Under the pieces are notes generated by a model. That model saw only the letters and a list, made by a program, of their open reading frames with translations, made no database searches and was not told the DNA's origin. From the NCBI GenBank assembly GCA_039815375.1, contig JBCBZJ010000004.1:96001-160000 (forward strand): a stretch of DNA of 64,000 nt. The letters are read 5' to 3'. Numbering within the stretch: position 1 is the stretch's first letter; each line of letters opens with the position of its first letter. Position numbers and translations under genes: made by a program. Below are positions 21,340 to 31,514 of the stretch, in pieces. The stretch comes from Verrucomicrobiota bacterium (GTDB lineage Bacteria > Verrucomicrobiota > Verrucomicrobiia > Opitutales > Coraliomargaritaceae).

Positions 21340-21361
21340 AAAAAAAGCGCTAGCGAGCGCT
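21340..21361 (-). terminator. Possible intrinsic terminator of the three-gene orphan operon
   Basis: Minus strand agcgct-cgct-agcgct followed by a T run, overlapping the stop codon at 21350. Confidence 0.4.
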
Positions 21362-23530
21362 GTCGCGGAACTTCTCCAACAACTTCATCGCGTCTTTGTT
21401 TTTAACCTCTGCGATGACCAGACTGCTACCTCTTTTATAAATATCCACCTCGACGCCGAGTTCTTTGGAAAGCTCCCTAGCCATTGGAAAATTGCTCTCA
21501 ACAAGTTCTGCGCTTCGATATTGGAATACCCGTCCAAGTTCCGGATTGATCTCGGAATTGTAGTAATCGAAGACATCCCCTTTCCCGGAAAGGAAATCTT
21601 TGAACTTCGTGTGTAGCTCTTCCGAGCCAAAGACCTCCATTAAGGCAATCCGGCCTAATTCATTCACCTCGGCGACATTCTGTTTGTATTTCTCAAGAGC
21701 CTCCAGTCGAGCGACCCGAGCGGCAACTACACCCGAAGCCGTCTGCAGCGCACTGTAAGGATCCTTGTCACGATGCGTCAAAGGACGGATCCCCAACGGA
21801 TCAAAGTTGCCCTGATTATTTCTCGTGTCGTGGATTCTTCCATCAATGATCTCTGCCTTGGCGACAAACATGTCCTTATCCTTCGTGAACCACACCTTCA
21901 GTTGCCCTGTAATTAGCATATCGACGCCATTGTCCGCACTTGAGGCTTCTACCAGTGCATCAACAGTTGCAGCGAAATCTTCATCGAATGCACCATCGAC
22001 ACCACGGTAGCCATCAAAGATGTCCATCGCTTTACCCTTTAAACGTCTGCTCAGCCCCTTGCCTTGAAAGCCTTCAGCTTTGTCAAACTCGGCAAGAACT
22101 TGATTCGCTATCTTCCGGTCGAATTGTTCGAGTTCGCTGAGAACCCCTTCCAGAGCGGCCGCGTCATCAGCACTTATTCTCGGTGGGAGAATTTGGAAGT
22201 AGGCAGCTACCTCATTTAGCTGCGTGCTCTTGCCGCCTGCAGTGCTATTCGTAACAGAAGAAGCCGAACCAAAAGTCACATTCGTATTCCTCAAAACAGG
22301 CTTACGGAGCTGCCCCCAAGTGGCTTGATCTTCGAAGACCCGCTGGAAAAGCTTCGCGGCAGCGAGGTAGAACTGAGACTCAGGATACCCGACAAAGATC
22401 TTCGGGATATGCACTCGATGTGCATTCATATACTGCTCTGCAATAGATGGAGTCGAGATATCGGCGACAGCGGCGAAGGTCACTTCGTTTAATCGAAGAC
22501 CTTTCTCCTGATGCCGCGCCATCGTTTTCAATGTAATGTCGATAGGATTTTGAACCTTGCCAAACCGATATCGCACCAAAGGACGACCGGCCTCGACAAA
22601 CGCATACTCATGATCCGCATCATCCGGCACGAATGCCATCGAACCCATTACCTCGACCGCGTAAATCGCTGCATTTTGGCGTTCTTCATCAATCTCGCTG
22701 GGGGGCAGCAAAGAAAAGCTGTTGGAGAATGCCGAGCTAGCGACCAATTCCACAAATCGTGCGAACCGCTCAATGTTTTGAATCCCATCCGAAAACGCAG
22801 GATCGATTGCGACCGAATTAATTCGCCCCGCATCCTGATAGGCAAAACCTTCATGCTCGACCGAGACAAAAGCCTGCTGGATGGAACGATTCTTCGTCTC
22901 GTCCTGCCGCATGACCGCTTCCAACTGTGAGAAAATCGAAATTGACCGTTCTCCTATCGAACCCTTCGGCTTCACCAGGATCGGCAAATGCGCCAACAAC
23001 TTTTGCGAACGAGTTGAAATGAAAAAGAGGTCAAAAAAGGCCCAGTTCGCATCCAACGAGAGCGACTCTCCATTGGGTAGTTCTGCAGAATCTGTAAAAT
23101 CATAGGAGCCCTGGTAATTCAGAAAAACCGTCACCCCGAGTTCCTCGTCAATCCGAACAATCTCCCTTTCTCCGCGATACTGTTGTTCCACTCGACTCAC
23201 CGAACTGTAATTGGAACGGTCCGATTTTAGATAGTCCCATGGGTCCTGAGGTCGCGCACGTTTGATGTCTTCAAAAAATCCGTCCACCATCCGGCCGATA
23301 CGGTCGGCCTCAGTCGTGATCTGTTTCAGAACAGCCCGGTCGAGATCGCTCATTTGGCTATCGCGAAGCGTCGTCGTTACACCCCCATAGGTGTAGAGGA
23401 CCGGCTTGCTTAACTGGGTATCAACGAGAGAAACCGCCGAAGGACTATCCGACGCAAAAATAGAGAATGGCATCCACAAAAATGCCAGAAATCCGAGAAG
23501 GTAAAAAGTCGTGCGTCGTTTCATAACCAT
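21350..23530 (-). CDS. Hypothetical exported protein (726 aa)
   Basis: Long ORF with a Sec-type signal peptide (MKRRTTFYLLGFLAFLWMPFSIFA); no family recognised. Confidence 0.8.
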   Translation of the reverse strand: MVMKRRTTFYLLGFLAFLWMPFSIFASDSPSAVSLVDTQLSKPVLYTYGGVTTTLRDSQMSDLDRAVLKQITTEADRIGRMVDGFFEDIKRARPQDPWDYLKSDRSNYSSVSRVEQQYRGEREIVRIDEELGVTVFLNYQGSYDFTDSAELPNGESLSLDANWAFFDLFFISTRSQKLLAHLPILVKPKGSIGERSISIFSQLEAVMRQDETKNRSIQQAFVSVEHEGFAYQDAGRINSVAIDPAFSDGIQNIERFARFVELVASSAFSNSFSLLPPSEIDEERQNAAIYAVEVMGSMAFVPDDADHEYAFVEAGRPLVRYRFGKVQNPIDITLKTMARHQEKGLRLNEVTFAAVADISTPSIAEQYMNAHRVHIPKIFVGYPESQFYLAAAKLFQRVFEDQATWGQLRKPVLRNTNVTFGSASSVTNSTAGGKSTQLNEVAAYFQILPPRISADDAAALEGVLSELEQFDRKIANQVLAEFDKAEGFQGKGLSRRLKGKAMDIFDGYRGVDGAFDEDFAATVDALVEASSADNGVDMLITGQLKVWFTKDKDMFVAKAEIIDGRIHDTRNNQGNFDPLGIRPLTHRDKDPYSALQTASGVVAARVARLEALEKYKQNVAEVNELGRIALMEVFGSEELHTKFKDFLSGKGDVFDYYNSEINPELGRVFQYRSAELVESNFPMARELSKELGVEVDIYKRGSSLVIAEVKNKDAMKLLEKFRDSAR

Positions 23531-23572
23531 TTCCTAATCATCACTTGCTTCATTCGATACTGGTAGATAGGC

Positions 23573-26416
23573 CTAAATCGTATCTTCACCGGGTGGAACG
23601 GAGGCTGACCACTCCTTGCTCATTTCAAGAATATTGATCAGGCCGTTAATACGCTGAGGCGCTTGCGCCAGCTCGGTCAGAAGTGTAACGGCATCGCGAT
23701 CAAACCAGGCTTTCTTATCAAGCGCATTCTCCAGAGCTTCGATACGCGCTTTGCTCTGAGCCATGAGTTCCTCTCCAAAGGAGGGGTCGAGAAGCTTCGC
23801 ATAAACCTTGAGCGAATCCAAAGCGAACTCTTCGATTTCATGCTCATCCTCAAGGTAACGAAGCAGCTCGGCATAATCAGATGTCAGCGCAGCGACCTCA
23901 CTTTCGATCGTCTCGACCTGCACGAACGAATTATCCAGCTCCCCGAAAGTCACGTCCAATCCAGTCGTAAAAGCGGGCCAGTCCTGAACCTTGGCAAAGG
24001 TTTTCGTCTGAATTTTCTGCAGTTCCTTTATTAGATCAGACTGACTGCTGTTTAACGCGTTTCCTGCCTTTCGTGCATCTGCAAACGGTCCCGAGCGCCC
24101 ATAGGAATTCTCGACGGGAACCTTTTTCCAAGCCTCACGAAGCTGACCCTCAAACAGGGACGCATCTGAAGGCTTCTTTTGAATCTGCTTGAGGAGCTTC
24201 GTGTAGAACTCGATTCCATTTTCGAGACGCGACGATTTCGAAACAACTGTAAACAGTTGTCCGTAGAGCTTCTCTTCACGCTGCAGTAGATCCTTGAGAT
24301 AAATTTCGCGGCGCGATTGAGCCGTCTCGACCGCCTGCCATAACATATCGAGATCGATCTCAAGGAGTGGCCACTTGTCATCGGGTCGGCTCGCCTCCCA
24401 ATCCGCCCAATTTGAAGCAAAGATCGCTTCGCGCGGTTCGGGGTCGGCAGTGCCGCGTGGCTTAACGATCGACAGCGCGATCTTCATTTTGCCAATATTT
24501 TCACCGAGCTTAACCAACGCCTTTCCACCGGAAGCAACCTTGGATTCAAAAGAGCGAGTTTTGCGGAATATCGATTTCATCGCGTCGTGTTCCGCATCAA
24601 GGTCCTCGGCAAAGGTGCCGATCTCCTCGGTCATCACCGCCAGCCCCGCCTCGTCTTCGATCACCTCCAGAAGAGCCATCACTTTTAACTGATCTTTTAG
24701 AAGATTTCGCCAGCCTTTGAGGCGGTCAATCTGCCCCTCGATCTTCTTGCGGTCTTCTTCCAAGCGAGATTCCAACTCAAGTGCTTTGGCTCCGATTAAG
24801 GCCCCCTCACTTTGAAAATATGTATCCAGTGTCAGAAAGGTCGCTGAATATTTCATACTTAAAGCGTCTTTTTTTGCGATTTTTAGAAGAGCTGTAATAC
24901 GGCTCCCAGCCGAACTCGCACGCGCCTCCAACTCCAAACTCAGTGCGCCGATTCGCTCGGCCGCTTCCTCCGCGTAAGCGATGTCGTAATACTCCAATTC
25001 ATTTTCTGAACCGCCTGCTGAGGCTTTTTTTCCGTCCAACAAATACAGCTCCTCTTCAAGCGTCTTGATGTAAGCGATATTCTGCCGAAGAAAGAAAGCA
25101 CACTCGTTTAAAAGGCCGACAAATTCACTCTTGATTGGGTAGATACTGGCCAGTTTCGCATCGGCTGCTTCGAGATTCGCAACGATAACGGGGTCGAGTT
25201 GACCGAGCTCGTCGCCGGCGATAAGCAACGTCTGCTCGACCGGTATCGTCTCGGCTTTCTCCTGCTCGAATTTTTGCGACTTTTCCTCCATTCCAGCCAT
25301 CAGGAGAAACATATCCGCAGACACCGTATCGTTTTCTACATCGAGGTCCTCAACTCCTTGAGCAATGCTTGATGCCTCATTCGCAATCTCTGCCTCAAGC
25401 GCTTCCGTATCTGCAATCGATTCTCTCAACCGAACCGACTTTTGGGTTGTGGCGACACGTCCACTACGGACGCGTGCATAAATCTGCTCCGTCTGAATCC
25501 GCGATTTCTTAAAGACGGGGACCTGCTCCGAATAGACCTCCATTGAGTCGTTCAGACGCTTCGCATTGACAATTGCTTCGTAAACCCTCGGGTCCTGCAT
25601 CACATCGTCGACCATGCGCTCCAGAAGTGCAATCTTCACCACCAGTTTGACCAATTCAGTTCTCAATTTCGCAGTGCTACGCCGGTAGAGCTGTTCCCCA
25701 TGCCGAAAGGCCCGTTTCGCCGCATCTGACTGGACTGCCATCTCGCTCGTTGCCTCAGTAAAAATCCTGTTCAGCGTTTCAAGTCGTGCAGCATACTTTT
25801 GTTTCAGCTCCGGATCCGCCTCAAAAGCGGCCGCGATCTGGCTCGTGACATCGCTAAACGCCTCTTCACTCTGGGCTAGAGCGCCAGCACTTTGTTCCAG
25901 CTTCAGAATCAGGTCCGGAAGTTCGTCTGCTGATTCCATCCGGGCAAATTCTGCAACCACTGCAGTCGAAGCTTCTTTAATCGTCAAATCCGTGAGGACT
26001 CCAGATAGCCTGACAGCTTCCACGTAATCCGCTAAAAGTTCCGAATAGAACTGATTCGATCGCATATAACTGTTCAAGCTTTCCAGCATCGTCGCTTGAG
26101 CACCTTTGATGTCCTGCTCGATCCCGTCGAGATTGTCCAAGGCAGTTAGAACGATATAAAGAATCTCATTACCACCCACGTCCCCTTCATTTGCAGTCGT
26201 CTGGATGGCCGCAGCCTTGCTCGAATCCGCGACCACTTGACCTTCGGTTGCAGGCTCTTCTGATTCCTTATCACCCTTGAATCCATCGGATATACTACTC
26301 CCCAGATCGCCAGCGCCCTTCATGATTTTGTCCCAAACCGCCAAACTCTCAGACGGCAGAAATACTATCGCTGAGATCGATAGTATTATAAGTATCAATT
26401 TTTCTATCTTACACAT
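23573..26416 (-). CDS. Hypothetical exported coiled-coil/alpha-helical protein (947 aa)
   Basis: Long ORF with a signal peptide (...SESLA-VW) and A/E/L/K-rich heptad-like character; no family recognised. Confidence 0.8.
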   Translation of the reverse strand: MCKIEKLILIILSISAIVFLPSESLAVWDKIMKGAGDLGSSISDGFKGDKESEEPATEGQVVADSSKAAAIQTTANEGDVGGNEILYIVLTALDNLDGIEQDIKGAQATMLESLNSYMRSNQFYSELLADYVEAVRLSGVLTDLTIKEASTAVVAEFARMESADELPDLILKLEQSAGALAQSEEAFSDVTSQIAAAFEADPELKQKYAARLETLNRIFTEATSEMAVQSDAAKRAFRHGEQLYRRSTAKLRTELVKLVVKIALLERMVDDVMQDPRVYEAIVNAKRLNDSMEVYSEQVPVFKKSRIQTEQIYARVRSGRVATTQKSVRLRESIADTEALEAEIANEASSIAQGVEDLDVENDTVSADMFLLMAGMEEKSQKFEQEKAETIPVEQTLLIAGDELGQLDPVIVANLEAADAKLASIYPIKSEFVGLLNECAFFLRQNIAYIKTLEEELYLLDGKKASAGGSENELEYYDIAYAEEAAERIGALSLELEARASSAGSRITALLKIAKKDALSMKYSATFLTLDTYFQSEGALIGAKALELESRLEEDRKKIEGQIDRLKGWRNLLKDQLKVMALLEVIEDEAGLAVMTEEIGTFAEDLDAEHDAMKSIFRKTRSFESKVASGGKALVKLGENIGKMKIALSIVKPRGTADPEPREAIFASNWADWEASRPDDKWPLLEIDLDMLWQAVETAQSRREIYLKDLLQREEKLYGQLFTVVSKSSRLENGIEFYTKLLKQIQKKPSDASLFEGQLREAWKKVPVENSYGRSGPFADARKAGNALNSSQSDLIKELQKIQTKTFAKVQDWPAFTTGLDVTFGELDNSFVQVETIESEVAALTSDYAELLRYLEDEHEIEEFALDSLKVYAKLLDPSFGEELMAQSKARIEALENALDKKAWFDRDAVTLLTELAQAPQRINGLINILEMSKEWSASVPPGEDTI

Positions 26417-26418
26417 GT

Positions 26419-27111
26419 TTAGTTCTTTAAGCTCTCGTTGACTAATTCTTGAATTCGGAACGAAAATGCTTCGAGAGCTTCCATTGCGTAGCTCCTATCA
26501 TCTCCGAAAGCATCAACTGGAATATCCTCGATCGATATCCTCTCCTCCCCTTCGACCTTACCAAACTTCCAGGCGACTCGCCCCGAGATGGTTTGAGTCG
26601 CGAAATTTCCGCTTCCCCGTCGAGTTCTTGGATGCGCGAGAGAAATCTCAACCCTCCCTGTTTGACCAAGCAAATCGTAGTAGCGCTGAAGCAGATTGCC
26701 CAGAAGCTCGGAACTTTTCTCCAACGAAGCCTCGCTCTCCGGCGCTGAATCTAAGGAAAGGACGTGAACACCGACTTCATCATCACTCTCATAAAACCAC
26801 TTGAGGCCCCAGCTCTCCGTTTTAGAGTCCCACTCTATTTCCAGAATAGAGAAGGAAACGACTGAAAACGTGGCTAACGTGAATCCGAGAATAGTGACCG
26901 AGTAGACGAGAAATTCTCTTCTTTCAAAATCGATGCCGAAAATCCTAATTTTATGCCTATTTGTAACTGCTGAACGGCTCCCGTATTCAGAATCAGAGTA
27001 TGGACCAGGAAGATTCTTATCATCAGAAGCTTCCTGTCCAACTTCTTGATTTAGCTTCTCTGAATCTTCAGGATTTTCGACCTTATCTTTATTTTCGTTG
27101 GCTTCTGTCAT
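26419..27111 (-). CDS. Hypothetical single-pass membrane protein
   Basis: Acidic N-terminus and one TM (FLVYSVTILGFTLATFSVVSFSIL); stop 2 nt before the next ATG. Start adjusted to ATG at 27111. Confidence 0.72.
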   Translation of the reverse strand: MTEANENKDKVENPEDSEKLNQEVGQEASDDKNLPGPYSDSEYGSRSAVTNRHKIRIFGIDFERREFLVYSVTILGFTLATFSVVSFSILEIEWDSKTESWGLKWFYESDDEVGVHVLSLDSAPESEASLEKSSELLGNLLQRYYDLLGQTGRVEISLAHPRTRRGSGNFATQTISGRVAWKFGKVEGEERISIEDIPVDAFGDDRSYAMEALEAFSFRIQELVNESLKN

Positions 27112-27286
27112 ACTTCTAACTACGTTTGGTATGCCATAAAATGAACCAATCAAATCAATTTGTTAAAAAATTTTTACATAAATAAGTATAGGAAATTAAG
27201 AGTAACGAGGACATCCGAACATCCTTATATTTATCGCCTACCTAACGAGGATAGGATTAAAAGAATGTCCTTCGAAAAAATTGACT

Positions 27287-27733
27287 TTAAGTCGCATCAT
27301 CCAGCTGCTCATGAATTGCATCGAGCAGGCGAATACTGGCATTGAGGTCGTTGGAATCCGGCAGCCAACCAAGCCGCCGGATGTAGGCATTTTCAGCATC
27401 GGTCATTGATTGGACGAGTTTCTGGCCGCTGGCTGTGAGCGTAATCAGTCTCGAGCGTTTGTGCTCTGGGTTTTCTCGTGGCTCAAGATAGCCTTCGGCC
27501 TTCAGCTCATTAACCTGCGTCTGAATGATCTGACGGCTGATGTAGCGTGAGGCAGCCAATGCCGGTACGGTTTGAGGCCCGAGGCGGAAGATATCCATAA
27601 GCAAGGTCCGCTTTGGGGCACTGATGCCCACTTCCTCATGAATCTGGTCCGTGGCGTGGCGTAGGGAGTTATAGGTGCGCCGCACGGAGTTGGCGAGTTC
27701 GTGCATCTGTTCAAGAGAGGGTTGTGAGCTCAT
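27287..27733 (-). CDS. MarR-family transcriptional regulator
   Basis: Winged-helix TVPALAA...SRQIIQ...NPEHKRSRLITLT; 148 aa. Confidence 0.92.
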   Translation of the reverse strand: MSSQPSLEQMHELANSVRRTYNSLRHATDQIHEEVGISAPKRTLLMDIFRLGPQTVPALAASRYISRQIIQTQVNELKAEGYLEPRENPEHKRSRLITLTASGQKLVQSMTDAENAYIRRLGWLPDSNDLNASIRLLDAIHEQLDDAT

Positions 27734-27754
27734 CGCTCTATTCGAAATGACAGG

Positions 27755-27805
27755 ATTCTAAATGACAATAAAATTGTCATTTAGAATTTGACAACTTTAT
27801 TGTCA
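27755..27805. promoter_or_regulatory. Two tandem palindromic operators TGACAA-N5-TTGTCA (probable MarR sites)
   Basis: Perfect 15-bp-arm inverted repeat attctaaatgacaat-aaa-attgtcatttagaat (27755-27787), plus tgacaa-cttta-ttgtca (27789-27805), between divergent marR and aas. Confidence 0.8.
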
Positions 27806-27839
27806 TAATATCAATAGAGACTAATTCCACACCAAACCC

Positions 27840-30800
27840 ATGAAAACATCTCAGAACCAATCACTTCCTCGCACCTTCTGGTGGCACAACATCACTGCGT
27901 TCTGTGGCGCCATGAACGACAATCTGTTCAAGCTGCTAATGGTCTATGCCCTAATTACCTGGCATGGAGAAACGGTTTCCGGCACTATCCTCGCCTCCGT
28001 CGGCCTGGTCTTCGCTCTCCCCTATCTGCTTATCGTGCCGATCGCAGGTAGCTTTGCCGACAAGTTCAGCAAGCGAAAGATCATCGTCGGCCTGAAGGCC
28101 GCAGAAATCGGAATCATGGGATTTGGTGTGCTCGCACTCGCTTTGCACAGCAGCGTGTTGCTCTACATCACCATGTTTTTGATGTCCTCACAGAGCGCAT
28201 TCTTTGGCCCCTGCAAATACGGACTGATCCCGGAACAAGTCGGAACCGAGCGACTTTCCAGAGCCAATGGTTCGATACAGCTCTTCACTTTCCTCGCGAT
28301 TATTATGGGAACGATTCTCGCACCAGAGCTCAGTAACCTGCTCAACGGTAAATATGCTCTAGCCGCCTCCGCCAGTTTACTCATCGCGGCCATTGGCTTT
28401 GCCTGTTCACTTCAAATTGAGACCTCGCCTTCCTATCCTCACCGCAAGATTAGTTTCAACGGTTTCGGCAACTTAAAGCAGTCTTTCCGCCAGATCAAAA
28501 ATGACAGCTACCTATCACTGTCAATTCTGGCCCTAACATCCTTCAGTCTAATCGGAGCTTACATACAGCTGAACGTGCTGAATTTTGGATTCGAGCACCT
28601 CGGTCTGAGCCATGAGCACGCCACTCGACTTTTCCTTGTCACTGCTATCGGCATCGGCATCGGCTCGACCGTAGCAGGCTGGCTCAGTGGGCGCTCTATT
28701 GAGTTTGGCATCGTTCCGATTGGAGCGGGCATCATGTGTGGCTCTCTACTAACCCTAGGTCTATTACCCGAAGGAAGCATTGCGCTGGCATCCCTAAGTA
28801 TGCTTAGTCTCGGCTTTGCGGCTGGTCTCTTCGTTGTTCCGTTGGAATCCTTCTTGCAATACCGTTGCCCGGAAGATCGACGAGGTTCTATCCAGGCCGC
28901 AAATGCATTCTTTAACTGGATCGGCATTCTTGCAGCAAGCGTGCTGATCTATTTAAATTCCTCCGTTCTCGGGTGGACCGCACAGCAGGGCTTCCTCATT
29001 CTGGCAATCGGACTGTTCGGGCTGACGCTCTTCAGCCTATGGATTCTACCGGACTTCCTGGTCAAGTTCATCCTCCTGATCATCACACGCTTCTGTTATC
29101 GCATCAATGTTCGCGGCATACGGAATCTCCCGGCGGATCAACCGGCTCTTCTCGTTTCAAATCATGTTAGTTTGATGGATGCCCTCCTCATCTCGGCCTG
29201 TCAGCAGCGGCGCATTCGTATGTTGATGTCGCGTAATTTCTACAAAGAAGCCAGTTGGCTCACAAAAAAGATTTGCGACCTTGCTGGAGTTATCAAAATC
29301 CACACAGAGGATAATCCGAAAAAACTGATCCATTCTCTGAGAGATGCCCGCAAAGCTTTGGACGAGGGCTATCTGGTATGTGTCTTCGCGGAAGGTGCTT
29401 TAACAAGGACTGGTATGATGCGCCCGTTCAAGTCCGGGTTTGAGCGTATCGTCAAAGGCACCAACTACCCAATCATCCCGGTCTATATCGGTGGCATCTG
29501 GGGCAGCATCGCCAGTTATCGTTATGGCATGCCCAAAATGCGCCCATTGCGAGATTTGCGTTACCCTGTGAGTATTCACTTTGGCCAGGCTCTACCCACT
29601 CAATCGACGACCTTCGAAGTCCAGCAGGCCGTTAGCGAGTTATCCGTAGACACTTTCGAAGTCCGAAAAGAAAACCGGAAAAGCCTTCCTCACGAATTTA
29701 TTCTTAGTGCCAGACGAAACTGGAACAAACTCGCCATTGTTGAGAGTAATGGCCGCAAACTCAAGTTCTCGGAGACACTCACAGCTGCAATACTTCTTCG
29801 CAATTCGCTCCGCAGCCATACTCAAAACGAAGAACAACATATTGGCATTCTTCTGCCTAACAGCGCTGGATCCTGCCTGTCCAACCTCGCGATCTCCCTG
29901 AGCCGCCAGATAAGCGTCAACCTGAATTATACGGCTCCATCCGATGTAATCCGCTCTGCCCAGGAACAGTGCAAAATCCGCACACTGATCACGTCACGCC
30001 AGTTCATTGAACGATTTCCAAACCTGCCTCTCCCTGAGAACACGCTCTACATCGAAGATCTATTTCAGCAGGCATCTAAACTCTCAGGGCTGATGGCATA
30101 TCTTAAAGCCCGCTTTCTGCCGGCCGGCCTCCTAAGCCAAGCCAACCGTTTTCAGGCCGACGACACCGCGACCATCCTGTTCTCCAGTGGCTCCACCGAT
30201 GAGCCCAAGGGCGTGATATTAAGCCACCATAATCTACTCTCCAATATCGAATCCTTCCGATCCGTCCTCGGACCGAAACGTGAGGACGTTATGCTTGGGA
30301 TCCTGCCTCACTTCCACTCTTTCGGATATACTGCCACTTTTTGGTTCCCGCTAATTTCAGGTCTATCCATAGCAAATCATCCAAATCCATTGGAGGCTGA
30401 GAGCATTGGTCGTCTTGCTGAGAAATCCAAGGCAAGCATCCTCCTCACCACCCCCAGCTTTTTGCTGGCCTATACCCGAAAGATAAAACCCAAGCAGTTT
30501 GAACATCTCCGCCACGTCTTCACCGGTGCCGAAAAGCTCCCATCACGCATTGCGGATATGTTCGAGAAACGCTTCGGTCGACGCCCGCTTGAAGGCTATG
30601 GTGCAACTGAGCTTTCCCCGGTTTGTGCACTTAGTTTACCAAACGTAGAAATCGACTCACTCGAAGAAACCGGCCATCGCCAGCAACGCCTGGGCCGCGT
30701 CCTGCCCGGCATGGCAATACGCATTGTCCATCCGGAAACTTTTGAGAAGCTTGGCCCCGGCAAGGAAGGAATGATCTGTATCAAGGGCCCCAACGTCATG

Positions 30801-31253
30801 CAGGGATACCTCAATAAACCCGAGCTGACAAACTCGGCAATTCGGGATGGATGGTATATCACGGGTGACATCGGCCTGATCGATACAGACGGCTTTTTCG
30901 CCATTACCGGACGTCTCTCCAGATTCAGCAAAATAGGAGGCGAGATGATCTCACATGGCGCGATTGAAAAGGCACTGCAGAGCGCGCTCCAGGTCACTCC
31001 CGAAGCCCTTGCGGTGGTTGCAAAGACCGACGACCGAAAGGGTGAAAAGCTCGTCGTTATTCATACATGTGAGGTCAGCATCGTGGGCCTTGCTGAACAC
31101 CTCAAGAGCCTGAACATTCCAAACCTGTGGAAACCCAGTCCGCGGGATTGGATTTGTGTAGAAAGACTCCCTTTATTGGGTAGCGGAAAGCTCGACTACC
31201 GCACGATGAAGGATTTGGCCGGATCGCATGAAGCAGGGTCTGTCGCTTCTTAA
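27840..31253 (+). CDS. aas: Acyl-ACP--phospholipid O-acyltransferase / acyl-ACP synthetase (MFS LplT + PlsC + AMP-binding fusion)
   Basis: MFS (NDNLFK, FFGPCKYG), NHVSLMD/FAEG acyltransferase motifs and FSSGST..PKG, EGYGATE, GWYITGD adenylation motifs. Confidence 0.93.
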   Translation: MKTSQNQSLPRTFWWHNITAFCGAMNDNLFKLLMVYALITWHGETVSGTILASVGLVFALPYLLIVPIAGSFADKFSKRKIIVGLKAAEIGIMGFGVLALALHSSVLLYITMFLMSSQSAFFGPCKYGLIPEQVGTERLSRANGSIQLFTFLAIIMGTILAPELSNLLNGKYALAASASLLIAAIGFACSLQIETSPSYPHRKISFNGFGNLKQSFRQIKNDSYLSLSILALTSFSLIGAYIQLNVLNFGFEHLGLSHEHATRLFLVTAIGIGIGSTVAGWLSGRSIEFGIVPIGAGIMCGSLLTLGLLPEGSIALASLSMLSLGFAAGLFVVPLESFLQYRCPEDRRGSIQAANAFFNWIGILAASVLIYLNSSVLGWTAQQGFLILAIGLFGLTLFSLWILPDFLVKFILLIITRFCYRINVRGIRNLPADQPALLVSNHVSLMDALLISACQQRRIRMLMSRNFYKEASWLTKKICDLAGVIKIHTEDNPKKLIHSLRDARKALDEGYLVCVFAEGALTRTGMMRPFKSGFERIVKGTNYPIIPVYIGGIWGSIASYRYGMPKMRPLRDLRYPVSIHFGQALPTQSTTFEVQQAVSELSVDTFEVRKENRKSLPHEFILSARRNWNKLAIVESNGRKLKFSETLTAAILLRNSLRSHTQNEEQHIGILLPNSAGSCLSNLAISLSRQISVNLNYTAPSDVIRSAQEQCKIRTLITSRQFIERFPNLPLPENTLYIEDLFQQASKLSGLMAYLKARFLPAGLLSQANRFQADDTATILFSSGSTDEPKGVILSHHNLLSNIESFRSVLGPKREDVMLGILPHFHSFGYTATFWFPLISGLSIANHPNPLEAESIGRLAEKSKASILLTTPSFLLAYTRKIKPKQFEHLRHVFTGAEKLPSRIADMFEKRFGRRPLEGYGATELSPVCALSLPNVEIDSLEETGHRQQRLGRVLPGMAIRIVHPETFEKLGPGKEGMICIKGPNVMQGYLNKPELTNSAIRDGWYITGDIGLIDTDGFFAITGRLSRFSKIGGEMISHGAIEKALQSALQVTPEALAVVAKTDDRKGEKLVVIHTCEVSIVGLAEHLKSLNIPNLWKPSPRDWICVERLPLLGSGKLDYRTMKDLAGSHEAGSVAS

Positions 31254-31514
31254 GTAAAAGATCTCTACAAAACTGATTGCATAGCTGTCGCACTGGATGT
31301 GCTGTGAAATAGTAACGTTTTTATAAAAAATGATATATTAGCAATAGACCCATTGCCTTCAACTATGGGAAGGATTCGGGCAGGCAAATTCTCTACGGTT
31401 ACCAGCAATAGAAAACCGGCTTTCAATACTATAACGATTTTTTCAGAAGTAGAAACAAGTGCTTTACTAACGCACTCGTAGAAGCTAGTTTTTATACCCT
31501 ATTTTGATCCATTA

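Noticed and set aside
27160..27345. 61-aa plus-strand ORF in the AT-rich gap
   Set aside because: TTG start, overlaps the marR end, and no features; more likely promoter DNA.
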